Source: Aplysia californica
Taxonomy: Eukaryota
Assembly (NCBI RefSeq): GCF_000002075.1
Contig: NW_004797719.1
Location: forward strand, 108,383 to 172,382
Direction of reading: 5' to 3'
Length of the DNA: 64,000 bases
Positions 13,517 through 26,600 of the stretch are shown piece after piece (within the stretch, counting starts at the first letter, position 1; each line of letters starts with the position of its first letter). A program made the translations under genes and the position numbers. The notes under the pieces were generated by a model. It saw nothing but the letters and a program-made list of their open reading frames with translations, was not told where the DNA came from and searched no databases.

Positions 13517-16500
13517 GTCCTACGGGGGGGTTGACTGGGGATTTTGACAGACTTTCTCCTTTCTCCTCAAGAGAAGTATCGACTGACTTCAAGAGCTACT
13601 TTGTGTTTCGTGACCTTTTAGTATCAACAGTTCTGTAACTTTTAATTTTAGGCTTTGGGAAATAAAAATTTCCTTAATTTTATTCATTAATTTTAGTTGG
13701 TTTAGTAAGGTTTTACAGTGCTTGGAAATGCATAAGGTCATTTGAGCGCTTTTTAATTTTAAAAAATTAAATTATTGGAAACAAATTATTTTAAAAAAAA
13801 TAGTGGTTTCATTTGCTGTAAGGTAGTTGTTTTATCCGATACAGACAAAGTGTGATGCCCTTAAGTGGCAGGATGCGAATCATGTTGTTTCTATGATCAT
13901 TGTAAAGATAAGATTACCTGATTCTTGCTGTACAACATGGGTATAATAATTCATCTCTGACATCTGAAAGAACTGATATGCTTTGTCGTTCTATATTTTG
14001 TGTTGTTGTTTCCTCGTCTTCATTGTCTGTATAATATTTCATTTGTCACATGTGAGAAAACTTATTTGCTTTGCGGTACATTATTTAATGTCGTTGTTTC
14101 ATCTTTTTTGATGTGTGGTACATTATTTAATGTCGTTGTTTCGTCGTTATTTCCTCTCCTGTGTTCCAGCCTCCTGAACAAGGTGACATGGGACTACCGC
14201 GGCGAGCGCTGGTGGTCGCTGCTCACCTCCATCCTGGAGACGTCGCTCAAGTGTGCCTACCTGACCGCCAAAGTGCAGGAGTACGTCTCCAACAGCATGG
14301 AGCTCATCGGGCGATGTATCCTTGTCGCGCTGTCTCTGCGTCGGCCGATAATTAGTTTTGTGAGGCAGCGTGGTGAAATCAGGCACTTGTCAAAACAATG
14401 AAGTCAAAGAGTGGGTGGTTGGCGGGTGCTCTGCTGTGGTTTGCTTCTTCATTCCTATCAAACATCTATCATCCTTATCTCCCCTTCTCCTTTTTTATGT
14501 TTGTTACTCTCTTGTAACACCTCTGGTCTTCTGGCGCTCATATGACCTTATGCAGTTGCGAGTGCCGTAAAACCTCTGCTAAAGAAAGAAGTCAAAGAAA
14601 TCAACATTTTTCGGGGCTTTAGGTAAAACATTTTTCTAGAATTTTCTAATTTTTGGTCAACAACTTTAATGTGTCATATATTATTATTATTATGTTTTTT
14701 TATTATTATTAAGAAAACTTTTTTTTTTTTGGAGAATGAATCTTAACACCGCCTCAGATGCTCAGTGCAACCACGACGCGAAGGTCAGAGTTCAGATGAA
14801 TCTGATTCGTGTGATGACGGTGAGTGGTTTTTGTTTATCTCTTTCACTTTCCTTGTCATATTCTTTGTCAACAATGGCCGCCCATTTGCTCAACTTCCTG
14901 TGCACATAGCAGCCTTTCAGTTCTCACTTTCTTTTGTGTTTAAGAAATGTTAATGTAAATTCTGAAGACTGACGACAACTTTAACACACTTTCCACGCAA
15001 GAAGTAAAGACAAGACTGCATATTAATGTCAGTGATGGGTTTTTGTCATAGCCAAACCTACCATTGGGAGAAACGAGGAAAAAACCAAAAAACCAAACCA
15101 AAGCATACAAACAACAGTGTAATTGTTAATAAGAGTTTTCTGGCACTACAACTCAAATAAGGGCTGAAACAAACCACAAAATCGTAAATGAATTTCAAAA
15201 TACAAAAAAACCAAACCCCAAGAACCCCNNNNNNNNNNNNNNNNNNNNNNNNNNNNNNNNNNNNNNNNNNNNNNNNNNNNNNNNNNNNNNNNNNNNNNNN
15301 NNNNNNNNNNNNNNNNNNNNNNNNNNNNNNNNNNNNNNNNNNNNNNNNNNNNNNNNNNNNNNNNNNNNNNNNNNNNNNNNNNNNNNNNNNNNNNNNNNNN
15401 NNNNNNNNNNNNNNNNNNNNNNNNNNNNNNNNNNNNNNNNNNNNNNNNNNNNNNNNNNNNNNNNNNNNNNNNNNNNNNNNNNNCCAGAACGACGTGCCAG
15501 AACCAGAGCCCGGACTAGACCAGGCCTGTGTGGAGAAAGCTGCCGGTCTGTGGGCCGCTGCGAGGAACCAGCAGAACTCCTTCACCATAGACATGCACGG
15601 CCTGTTACCTTTTAGTGAGTACCGTCTCCTTCCCTGTAGACAATCTTGATTTTTCACCAAAGACTTCTCTCATTTTGCTATCCTTTAGCGAGTCCTTTCT
15701 CTTTCACCAAAGATATGCTGGGTCTATAAGTACTTTTTTTTTTTCACCTTAGACATGCTCACTCTAGTGAGTAATTTCTCATTTTTCTCCATAGAATATC
15801 AGATTCCTTACAATTTCAAAGTCCAATTGAAAGTATTTTGCAATTTTGAGTCATAGGAATTTCTGCTAGGGTGGGCAATTTGTTCTCACTGTGTTTATAA
15901 TGAGCGCCATTTCTCTTACAGTTGAGACGAAAGCGTGTTTTGTCAGTGAAGTGGTGTCTGCAGATCATGAAATCACTGTGGAAGTTTGCTTAAGGTAGAG
16001 TGTCTGTTTGTCTTTTTTTCATTTTAGTAATAGTGTTACGGCTCTTGCAACACATTTAGGTCATATAAATCCCAAAGGTAAGAAATGTCACTAGATAGCA
16101 CGATAACACATACTCGTACATAGAAAAGGGGGAAAGATATGTATCTTCATCAAGTATATTGCCTGTGATATTTGAGCTTTTTTTTTTCTTTGGTGGTTTT
16201 TTAAATTAATTTCTTAAAACTTACATGAATTATTGCTATTCAAAGGTTTGAATGGTAACTAATGAACTTAAACAAAACAACTTCAATTTTTAACAGCCAA
16301 TCTCTGAATGGTCTCAGTTTTGTCTGGGAGAAAAGTTGACAATGATTCTGTCTTTAATGTTTCTGTTATCTGACACACAACTCCTCAACGTTTCTTCACA
16401 GAGTGGGTTGTCCTTTCCCGGTGCGTCTGTCCAAGCTCATGGTGTTGTTTACCAATCAGGTGAGAAGATATGGCTGTGTTGTTCTCTAAGGTATCAAAGA

Positions 16501-19500
16501 AGCGTGTGTGTGTCGTCCCCCCCGCACTTATTAATTGTCAGTTTTTTTGCACACACACCCCCCCTCCCCGCTCCTTATTCCATACCCGCGTTTATTATTT
16601 TCTAGCTTGCCCTTGACCAACGGTCATGTGAAACATTATATCTGGAAGCTAGATATCTGAATGAAATTTATTAATTTAAAAACAAATTTTTTTGTAACTG
16701 GCAAATTACCCACAGTATTGGTACCAGGTTGGCTATCTTAATTTTCTGTGCATTTAAAAAACGTTTTTGCATTGGTTTATATTCTGTAATAAAACTGGTT
16801 TGTTCGTAAATGGGAAAAGCTGTCACAGTAACTTACGAAAATTTCATGATCTCTTGTTCTTTTATTCAATGAAGGAGAAATAAAACAGATCTGTTCCTAC
16901 TGGTACAGGGGTATGAGGTTGAATGTAATGTGGCACCCCCTTTTATTCCAACCCCCCCCTCNNNNNNNNNNNNNNNNNNNNNNNNNNNNNNNNNNNNNNN
17001 NNNNNNNNNNNNNNNNNNNNNNNNNNNNNNNNNNNNNNNNNNNNNNNNNNNNNNNNNNNNNCCCCCCCCTTTATTCGATACCATAGAGTAAGAAGAAACT
17101 TTCTTGCCTCTGAAGTCACGTTTTGTGCTTCCGATGCTCGTGCAGGGTGTCTTTAAAAGGAAAAAAAAGAACTCATTTAAGAGGTAATAACTCGTTTATC
17201 TTTGTAACCAATTTCAGCAAAACTGAGCAAAACAAATTTCAACCAAGTGAATGTCAAATTTGTGAACATGAAAAAAATCAACTTACTCATTTTATAAATA
17301 TCAGGTTTTTCGAATTTACAGTCAAAATAAAGTAACATGTCAAACTTTGCAATTTCTTAAAAATCAACCGTACCGTGTATTTGTGCATCAAAGAACTAAT
17401 TTATTTGAAGGAAGGCGAAGGGTGTTTAAACCATGTTACACATGTACTGCTTTCTTTGCTGCTTGTTCTCACTTAATTCTTAAACCACTGTTTGTGGGAG
17501 GTTGGAGGGTGCTCTGGTGGGGTTTGCTCCTTTCTTCCTGCCAAACATCTATCGTCCTGATCCCTCCTTTTTTATGTTTGTTACTCTCTTGTAACACCTC
17601 CAATCTTCGGCATTTATATGACTTTATTGTGTTGCAAGTGCCGTAAAACTCTTACTAAAGCTAACTAAACCGCTGTTTGTCTTCCCGTGCAGAAATACAA
17701 CCCGCACTGCCTCCTGATCGACCGGCGCGGCATCTCGGCCTCCTCCGAGAGTGAAGTGGACAGCGGGGATTTGTACCTGAAGCCGGAGGAAGCTCGTGTC
17801 TTCTCTTTCTCCTTCCTGCCCCTCACCGAAGATGTGGGGAAACAGATAGAGGTATAGTAGATGTGAGAAACAGATAGAGGTATAGTAGATGTAGAGAAAC
17901 AGATCGAGGTAAGGAAGATGTGAGAAACAGATCGAGGTAAGGAAGATGTGAGAAACAGATAGAGGTAAGGAAGATGTGAGAAACAGATAGAGGTAGGGTA
18001 GATATGAGAAACAGATAGAGGTAAGGTAGATGTGTGAAACAGATAGAGGTAGGGTAGATGTGAGAAACAGATAGAGGTAGGAAGGTATTGAAGATATAGA
18101 GAAGTAAATAAAGATAGGTAGGTATGGTAGACGTGAGGAAATCACTAGAAGTAAGAAAGGTGTAGAGAAGTAAACAGAGGTAGGGAGGTAGTGTAGAATT
18201 GGGGAGACAGATATGATTATGCTGCTGAATTACCTTTCATTCTTCCTTGAAAAAACCCCCCCCACTTAATCCCCTCCCCCCATCCCCTATTCCCACTTTT
18301 TGAAGAACGGGATTTGACTGAGTCTAACAGAGCAGTTGAAATGAGGTGTGTAGAAATTTGAGCGATAAGAGTGTGAATCTTCGAACGTCATTTTCTCAAA
18401 ACTATGCGTCATAGAGTTAGAGCCCTGGCATTGCATGGGCACGAACTGTCATTTTTTTCATGCCGGTGTGGAATCAGGTGCTTGTCAATTTTTGGACATG
18501 TGGAGTTATTGATTTTCTCCTAAAGCTTGTTCATTTGTCTATCTTTCGATGAAAAAAAGCTCATCAATCTTAAATAGAAGTCGAGATATTGGCAACTGAA
18601 CGAAGTGGGGTCGCCTAATTTCAGATGTAAAGTTAGTGAGAAAATGGCCGCCAAAGTTTGGTGATTTTCAAAGCTTGAGAGTCCTTGGAAACTGGAAATG
18701 TTTATTTTTTGTGCTTTTAATCAACATTTTTCAGTAAAATGCACACAACACTTTTTTTTTTAAATGAACGTAAAAGGTGTGAAACTTAACAACAAAAATC
18801 TGATAAAAATTGACAAACCGGCGGAAAAATTCCAACATCTTTGATTTTTTTTGTTGGACGAGGATGTCTCACATTTTGATTTTACAAAATTTCTGTCTCC
18901 AGATTTCCTCCCTGGCCCTAGAGATGGGTTCGGAGGCCGGCTGTTGTGCCGTGCTGCGCTGGACGGGGGGAGGGGGAGACAACTTACTGCAGCCCCTGGG
19001 CCCCGCCCGGCCCGTCATCAAACCGACCACGCCCGGAGTTCCCGTGGACTGGAACGCTTTTGTGGTCAACCCAGTCATCAGGTCAGGGGTTGTTTTGTTT
19101 TGTTTTAGTAGAGGTTTTACGACGCTTGCAACTGCATACGGTCATATGAGCGCCAAGGGGTGGATGTCAACAGAGAAGTCCTTACAGGGAATCAGGCTTA
19201 CTCTGCTCACCTCTCTGGTCTCAACAGCACAAAATCTGCTTAGACTATCAAGGCATCCCGGAAATAGCAGTTCACAAGAGAGTGACAAATAAACAAAAGA
19301 AGTAGAGGAAAAATGACGATTGTACGGATGAGGAAAGAAAAAGCAGCAGTTCCCGCTACGTTGTTACGGCACTGTATGAGCATGACACTGATGAATCAGC
19401 GAATTTACAATTCTACTGTGCGTAAGAATTTGAGATGTTAATGTCCTCCCTTTGGGAATGGCCTAAAGACACTTCAGTCAGTGGCACTGCCCCGGGGGGT

Positions 19501-20635
19501 AAGGTCAGAGTTTGGAGGGGATGACGTTTATGTGTCCGGGTCTGTGGATATGAGGTTGTTTATTGGTCAGGTCTTTTGGATAGGATGTTATTTGGATTTT
19601 TGGATAGTTGTTCGAAAAGGATGTTATTTGGATTTTTGGATAGTTGTTCGAAAAGGATGTTGTATATTTGTTAGGTTTCTTGGATAGAATATAGGTTATA
19701 TGTCAGGGTGTTTGGAAAAGATGTAGTTTATTTGTTAGGTTTCTTGGAAATGATGTAATTTATATTTGTCAGGGTGGGTGGATAGGATGTAGTTTCTACA
19801 TCAAATCAGAGCTGAGTGTTTGTTCAAACTGTAGCTGTGACTGTTTTACTCCCCCATCCACACTTCTCTCTACTTGATCGAACCTGCTTTTTCCTGTTTA
19901 CTAAATTAATTACTAATTACTAAAACTCTACCTGCATTTTCCTTTGAAGTATAAACCTGTTGAGTGCTTCGGTTTACGTCGCTACACGCTCTAATTATGA
20001 GACAGTGTGGTGAAATCAGATGCCCGTCTAAAAAAAAATCAAAGTGAAGAAACTGGCATTTTTCCGCAGGTTTTGTGAATTTTTATCGAATTTTTGTTTT
20101 TTGGCTCAGCATGTTTCATACCATTAAAGAACACATTTCTGTGTGGATTATTTGCTGAAAAACAGTGACTAAAGGCACCAAAAAAAAGTAAATTTTCAGT
20201 TTCCACAGTCTCTCAAGCTAAGGAAATAACTTATCTTTGGCAGCCATTTTCTCTCTAATTTTACCTCTGAAACCAGGTGACCTCCACCTCCTCTATTCGC
20301 AAATGTCTCGACTTGTATTCAAGATAAACGGATATTTTGTTCTTCCAAAGCAAGACTAATGGACAAGCTTTAAGTTGATACCTATAAGTGTACATGTCCA
20401 ATTATAGACAAGAGCCTGATCCCACCGCGTCGTGACACATTTGTAAAATTGAACCACCCCGCTTTGTTCTCTAGAGTGAACCCGCGTAAGGCTCACGTGG
20501 AGGTCAAGTCAAGCCACGAGCCACCGTGTCTGCTCAACGAGATCTACCTGGTCAGCGTGCTGGTGGACAACAAGGAAGACTCCGACATTAAGGACGTCCG
20601 GTGAGACACGCACACACACGCACGCTCGCAGGCAT

Positions 20636-20695
<60 letters not shown>

Positions 20696-23600
20696 AGCAC
20701 TCAGCGCCTGAATGCGACTGAAAATAACACGAAAAATAAAATATTGTTGTACAAAGATATGAGGACTAGATTTAGAATATTTAGATATCTATATTTTACT
20801 TTATCGTTATGATGCCGGCTTGCTGTTAATGGGAGGTAATTGGGGTGAGTTTTTCAGCAAACACGTCCACCCTAGCCTGTAGACAGGGTGTTCCACATTG
20901 GTGACCTGCTGTGGTGAGAGTATTGATTTGTTTGTTTCTTTGTGCCTGCGTCATTTGTTTGATTTGTGTCCCTCTCTATGTATTGCTGCAGTGACAAGGA
21001 AAATGAACAACACAGGTTTCCCTCACAGGGTACTGCGGGGTCAAATGGGAGTTATAGCACTCATTTTTTCTGCCTTTTTCACCGGAGATCTGATAAACGT
21101 GATCAAGTAGGGCTCTCCACCTGTCTCTGTTCTGGGCCATCCTCTCCTCCTACAGCCAGCCATGCCCCATAACGTCGCGACCTCAGTGCTTTCTTGTCCT
21201 GTTTCCATTTTTAATAACAGTGGAAACAGTTCATAACAAAGAGTGACCGTAAGAAGAAGTCTCATTTTCTATGTTTAAAAAAATGGAGATATGACGAGAG
21301 GGCACCAAGGTCGCGATATGTCTTGAGATCTGCTTCCAGAATTTGTTTCCGAATGGATCTCAGCCTTCCTCTCTCTCTTCATCGACAATAATATGTTGTG
21401 AAATAATGAATAAAGTGATGACTGACGACAACCTTTTACAATTTTGTCCTCCCACACAGGGTCTCCCTGGGCCTCCAGGCTTCGGAGGAGAATCAGGATG
21501 ATTCAAGTGAGTCCTGGTGGTGTTGTTTTCTCTTTTATACTGAAGTGTTTGGGCATTGTTTAGTTACTGGGTCGTTTGCCCAGAGGATAACGATGCAAGG
21601 CAGAAATGAAATATATGCCATTGTTCTGTGAAATGACACACCGTAGTCCTGTGAAAGGAAATAGCATTGTCCTGTGACAGGACATACCATTGTGCTTAAG
21701 TTTCTCGATAGGGATCAATAAAGTGGTACCAGGACTTTTCTTTTTTTATTATTGTGGGGTTTTTTGTTTTTCTTTGAAAGAATAGATACTTGTCTTATGA
21801 AGAGAATAAAGACATAAAGACTTCCGTAATGCTAATTTATATTTCAGTTGTTTTTTAGGCCTGACAAATCTAATGTGATGAGGAAACTAATCCCATCTCT
21901 TCTCCTTTTATTTCGATTTTCAGTTCCTGGCAGTTTTGTGAGCGATATCTTTTTTTAACGCCATTTGACTGTCACTTTGTAATCTAGGTGTGTGGTGGAT
22001 ATGATTGTTTATCTGTCGGTTTTCCTGGCAGTTCTTGGACGCAGGATCCTACACACACCTACAGACTTCCAAAGCCTGCTCTACTCTGGCGTTGACCAGA
22101 TGACAGGGACATGTGGTTACTTGAGGGACGCATTGCGCTGCCAAGAGCAAAATACTCTCATCTTAAGGGGTTTGAAAGCAACAATAACAACAACAATAAC
22201 ATCTGTCAGTTTTCCCGGTATAACTTGTGTCCAGTTGAAAGTCTTTGTCCCACTGATTTGTCCATGGTGTTTTGTTCACATTCTTTCTGTTTGTGGTTTT
22301 CAGCCCAAGTCTGCTCCAGCGTGTCCGAGTTTGAGGAGGACAAGACCAGTAACACGTGCCAGTTGGAGATTGGTGTGCTGCGGAAGGGGGAGTCGGTGAG
22401 TGCGTTATTACACAGTGTGTACTTATATATTTGTTCCTGCTTTTTTTTTTCAACATTTGAATGTAATTTTTGTTAAATCAAATTTTTTTTAGCTAAGTAC
22501 ATTTGAACGGTTTGCTGACGATATGAACTCAAAACAATTACCTTTCATATCGTCAGCCAGCCGTTGAATGTGACCTTTTTTGCCTTGTGTGTTGTGTAAA
22601 AGACGAGATGTTTTGATTTACTACTGCCATTGGTGACCACATTGAGCAAATTGTGTGGAGAACCTGGAAAACTTTCTGAACAGTCCAAGGGTTAAATGTC
22701 CTTCAAGGATTTGAAGAGCTCAGGGGAAAAACGACGGTAGTCACAAACTGGAAATTGTGAGGGCGTCTATTTTTTTAAACTTGTCGACCCATAACTTTAT
22801 ATTTGTTTGACTGGTGGTTTATTGTAAGTGTTGTTGAATGGGAAATCTCACAACAAAAATCAACCAACAGTTGAACAGAAATACAATTATGGGTCAACGA
22901 GCGTTCAAAATTGGTACCGTCACGATTTTCAGTTTTGTGACTACCGTCGTTTTTCCCCAGTAGTTTTCATTTGATCCGGGACCAGCTGATGGGATGTCCC
23001 GTACTGTTTCCACCTTGTTGGAATGTTCATGTTTTTTTCTTATGGTTTTTATCAACACTTTTGAGAGGTTGTTCATTAGCTGTATCTCTTGTAGCAGAGA
23101 TATATTTCTCATTTTTTAAACCTCAATTGATCATAATATGGTGATAGCTGATGGCTGAGAACGAGTAGAGCTTTGACAACCCGGGAATGTGAAGTTTTCA
23201 TTTCCTCTAGTTTGAGAGAAGTGTTTATGAAAGCTATTCTGTTTTCTGTGTTTTCTATTTCAGTTGTCAATACCTCATGCATGTGTTTGATTGTTTACTG
23301 TGATTTTCTTTTGAAATCATTTTCGTGACTTTGTTTTCTGAGTGTTGAAGGGACCCAAAATCCTTTTGGTGAACAGTGGTGAGAATTGTGGTACAATATT
23401 GTGGCACGATGGCTTGTAGGTACTTGTTTTTTTATCCTTATATGTGGCTTTAACTTTTTTTTCTACTTGCAGGCAAAGAAAGAATTCTACATCAAGTGCT
23501 TGCATGCTGGAAACAGAACCTTCATTTCCACAGTAAGTCTACAAAATTTGGTTTTCAAAGTTTAAAAAAAAAATTTGGTTCCCCAAGATGATATGGAAGC

Positions 23601-26600
23601 AGGCATAGTTCTGTCCCGACAAATCTGGTTTTTTCCCTCTCTCTCTCTTCTGGCGCTGTGGCGTCATAAACGGTCAGCGATGCCGACAGCACACAGGAAC
23701 TCAACAGTCGCTCGGGGGTCCTTGAAAAGTCCTGAAAGTGGGTTACTGGAATGTCCCAGCAGATTTTTATTTTGTTTTTTCCTGTGATGTACATGGGAAA
23801 CCAAATGAGGAAGCCCGCCTCCTTAATGATCTAAACTGTGCTGATGGGGGCGTAAAAAATGCCAATGTTTAAAGAAAGTGTATCAGGTTGTGCTTGAGGA
23901 AGCCCACATGGGTCGCTCATGGATATAACAATCAGGCAGAGACAAATACAGTTTTTGGGACATTTGAATAGACACAAAGGTCTTGAACATCGAATTCTCA
24001 CTGGCAAGATTGAAGGCAAACGAGGCAGGGGTAGGCCTAGAGCAACTTACATGGAAATCCTGAAGAGATAAACGACAGGGAAAGACCAGGATGGTATAGC
24101 TTTTTTGAGAGCATCTGAACAAAGGAATGAGTTGAGAACCATGATCGCCGATTCTGGGATGGATTCTGAAGAGGGAGGGAGAGCAGAGATGGACACGTTC
24201 CGACTGCAGTGACCCCAGCACAGTGGACGAGTAAGACAAGTAAGATGGCCGATATTTACCGCGGATCTGACACTTGATGATGGTGATGATGATGATAAAT
24301 CTATTTTGAGTAAGGTCGTGGATTACAGTTTTTCTGGATCTGCTGTTTTGAATTATTTCTGTTTATGAAGGTTATACCAAGGATAATATGACCAGATTTG
24401 TGACGGTGTTTTAATGACTGACGCTTTGTGAGCGAGAATGAGAGCGAGAGCGAGCCTATGATAGTGACGGGTGAACTCACTCTACAACTATAGAACAGGT
24501 CACACAGTACAAGGGGAGACATTCATTATAGCTATTTTCTACCCTAGTTTACTCCCATGTACAGTCATTATACTGGCTTTTACCTCTGTCAGCATCTCGC
24601 GACCTCAGTGCTTTCTTTTCCTATCTCCATTTTTTTTTAAACAGTGAAAACCTTAAGAAGAAGTCATATTTTCACTGTTAAAAAATTGGAGGTATGACAA
24701 GAAAGCGCTGAGTTCACAATCTCTGGTTCTGTGTTGTCCAGGTGAACTACAAGGTGGACGTCATGGTGGACAAGCAAGGAATCTGCTGCGACTGCCAGGC
24801 AGAGGAACAAATCTCGCTGACCACCGTCCGGCCGTTTGACGTGTCCATCAAGCTGGAGTCTCTCAAAGTAAGTCGTCATTGTTGACTGAGTCGTTCTAAG
24901 CTGGTTCACCCCCCGGGGCAGTGCCACTGACTGAAGTATCTTTAGGCCATTCCCAAAAGGGGGACATTTCTTGTTCAAGCATAGTAGAATTGTAAATGGG
25001 CTGACATGGGCTGACTCATGTCACGCTCATAACTGTGCCTGATCTACAACAGGGAACTGCTGCTTTTTCTTTCCTGATCCTCACTATTGTCATTTTCCTC
25101 TACTTCTTTTGTATGTTTGTCACTCTCTTGTGACCTGCTATTTTGGGGTACCTTGATAGTCGAAGCAGACCTTGTGCTGTTGAAGCTAGAGAGGTGAGCA
25201 GTCTAAGTCTGATTCCCTGTGAAGACTTCTCTGTTGACACCCATCCATTGGCGCTCATATGACCTTATGCAGTTACGAGCGCCGTAAAACCCTCTACTAA
25301 AAAAAAAAAAAAGCTAAATAAGCTGGTTTCATCAACCTCAGAGCCCAATTTGAAGTTTTGATTGGCCCATGTGTTTCCCTACACGAATATATGGATGTAA
25401 GTTTCAAAATCTATGATGATAAATTTGTACTTGTTTGCCAGCTGTATTTTTCTCTTCGTGTTGAAATCTTTATGTATATATATATGAAAGTAGTACGATT
25501 TATATTATATGTATATCTATGTGTGTTTTTCCCCATTTCTCTACAGCCACAGAAAGTTGTCTACTTGGACAGTAAAGTATTATGTCTAATAATCTTAATA
25601 TGTAAATACCTGCCTGTGTTTTTTCCATTTCTGTACAACCTCAGACAAGTTCCCCCTGGTACAATAAAGTATTACAAATATCTAACAATGTCTAACTATG
25701 TCTAACAATGTCTAACTATGTCTAACAATGTCTAACAATGTCTTACTATCTGCGTGTGTTTTGTCCCAGTACGAAACCATCGAGGCGGTCCACGCGGACG
25801 ACCCGTTCCTGCTGACCACAGACATCCGCTGCTCCTCTCCCTGGTCCATCGACATCAAGGACAGCTCCGTCAATCTGGTACCTTACTCGTTCTTTGTCGT
25901 TCACTGTCTGTCACTCCGTCAATCTGGTACTGTGTCAGTGTGTCTATGTGTCAATGTGTCAGTGTCTGTCACTCTATCAATCTGCTCCTCTCCCTGGTCT
26001 ATCGACATCAAGGACAGCTCCGTCAGTCTGGTAGTGTATTCTTCCACTCTCCTTCACTCTGTCAATCCGGTACTGTATTCTTCCACTCTCCTCCACTCTG
26101 TCAATCTGGTACTGTATCATTCTCTTTCACCGTCCTTCACTCTGTCAATCTAGTAGGCCTACTCTTTCTCTGTCCTTCACTCTGTCTATCTAGTAGAATT
26201 AGTAGGCCTACTCTTTCTCTGTCCTTCACTCTGTCTATCTAGTAGAATTAGTAGGCCTACTCTTTCTCTGTCCTTCACTCTGTCAATCTGATACCATGTC
26301 ACTGGCTGTGCATTCTAACTTGACGTCTTTTCAAACATAGACCAGCAACTTTCATCCCTGACCCTTGTGTGAGCTTCTGTTCTTGTATGTTGGAGGGTCA
26401 GGAAGTAAAGGATGCTGCCTGCTTTTTTATTTAAAAAACAAAATCTAGCTTTGGAGTTTTATTTTTTTTTCTTCTTTCAAGACAAAGAAATTTTCTTTGC
26501 TCTAAGGCAGCACAAGTGAGAGATGGTTTGAAATCCTGAAAGATTCCTTTTTAGTTTCCATTCTTGTGAAGATGTAACTGTGTATGTTTGTTTGTTTTGT

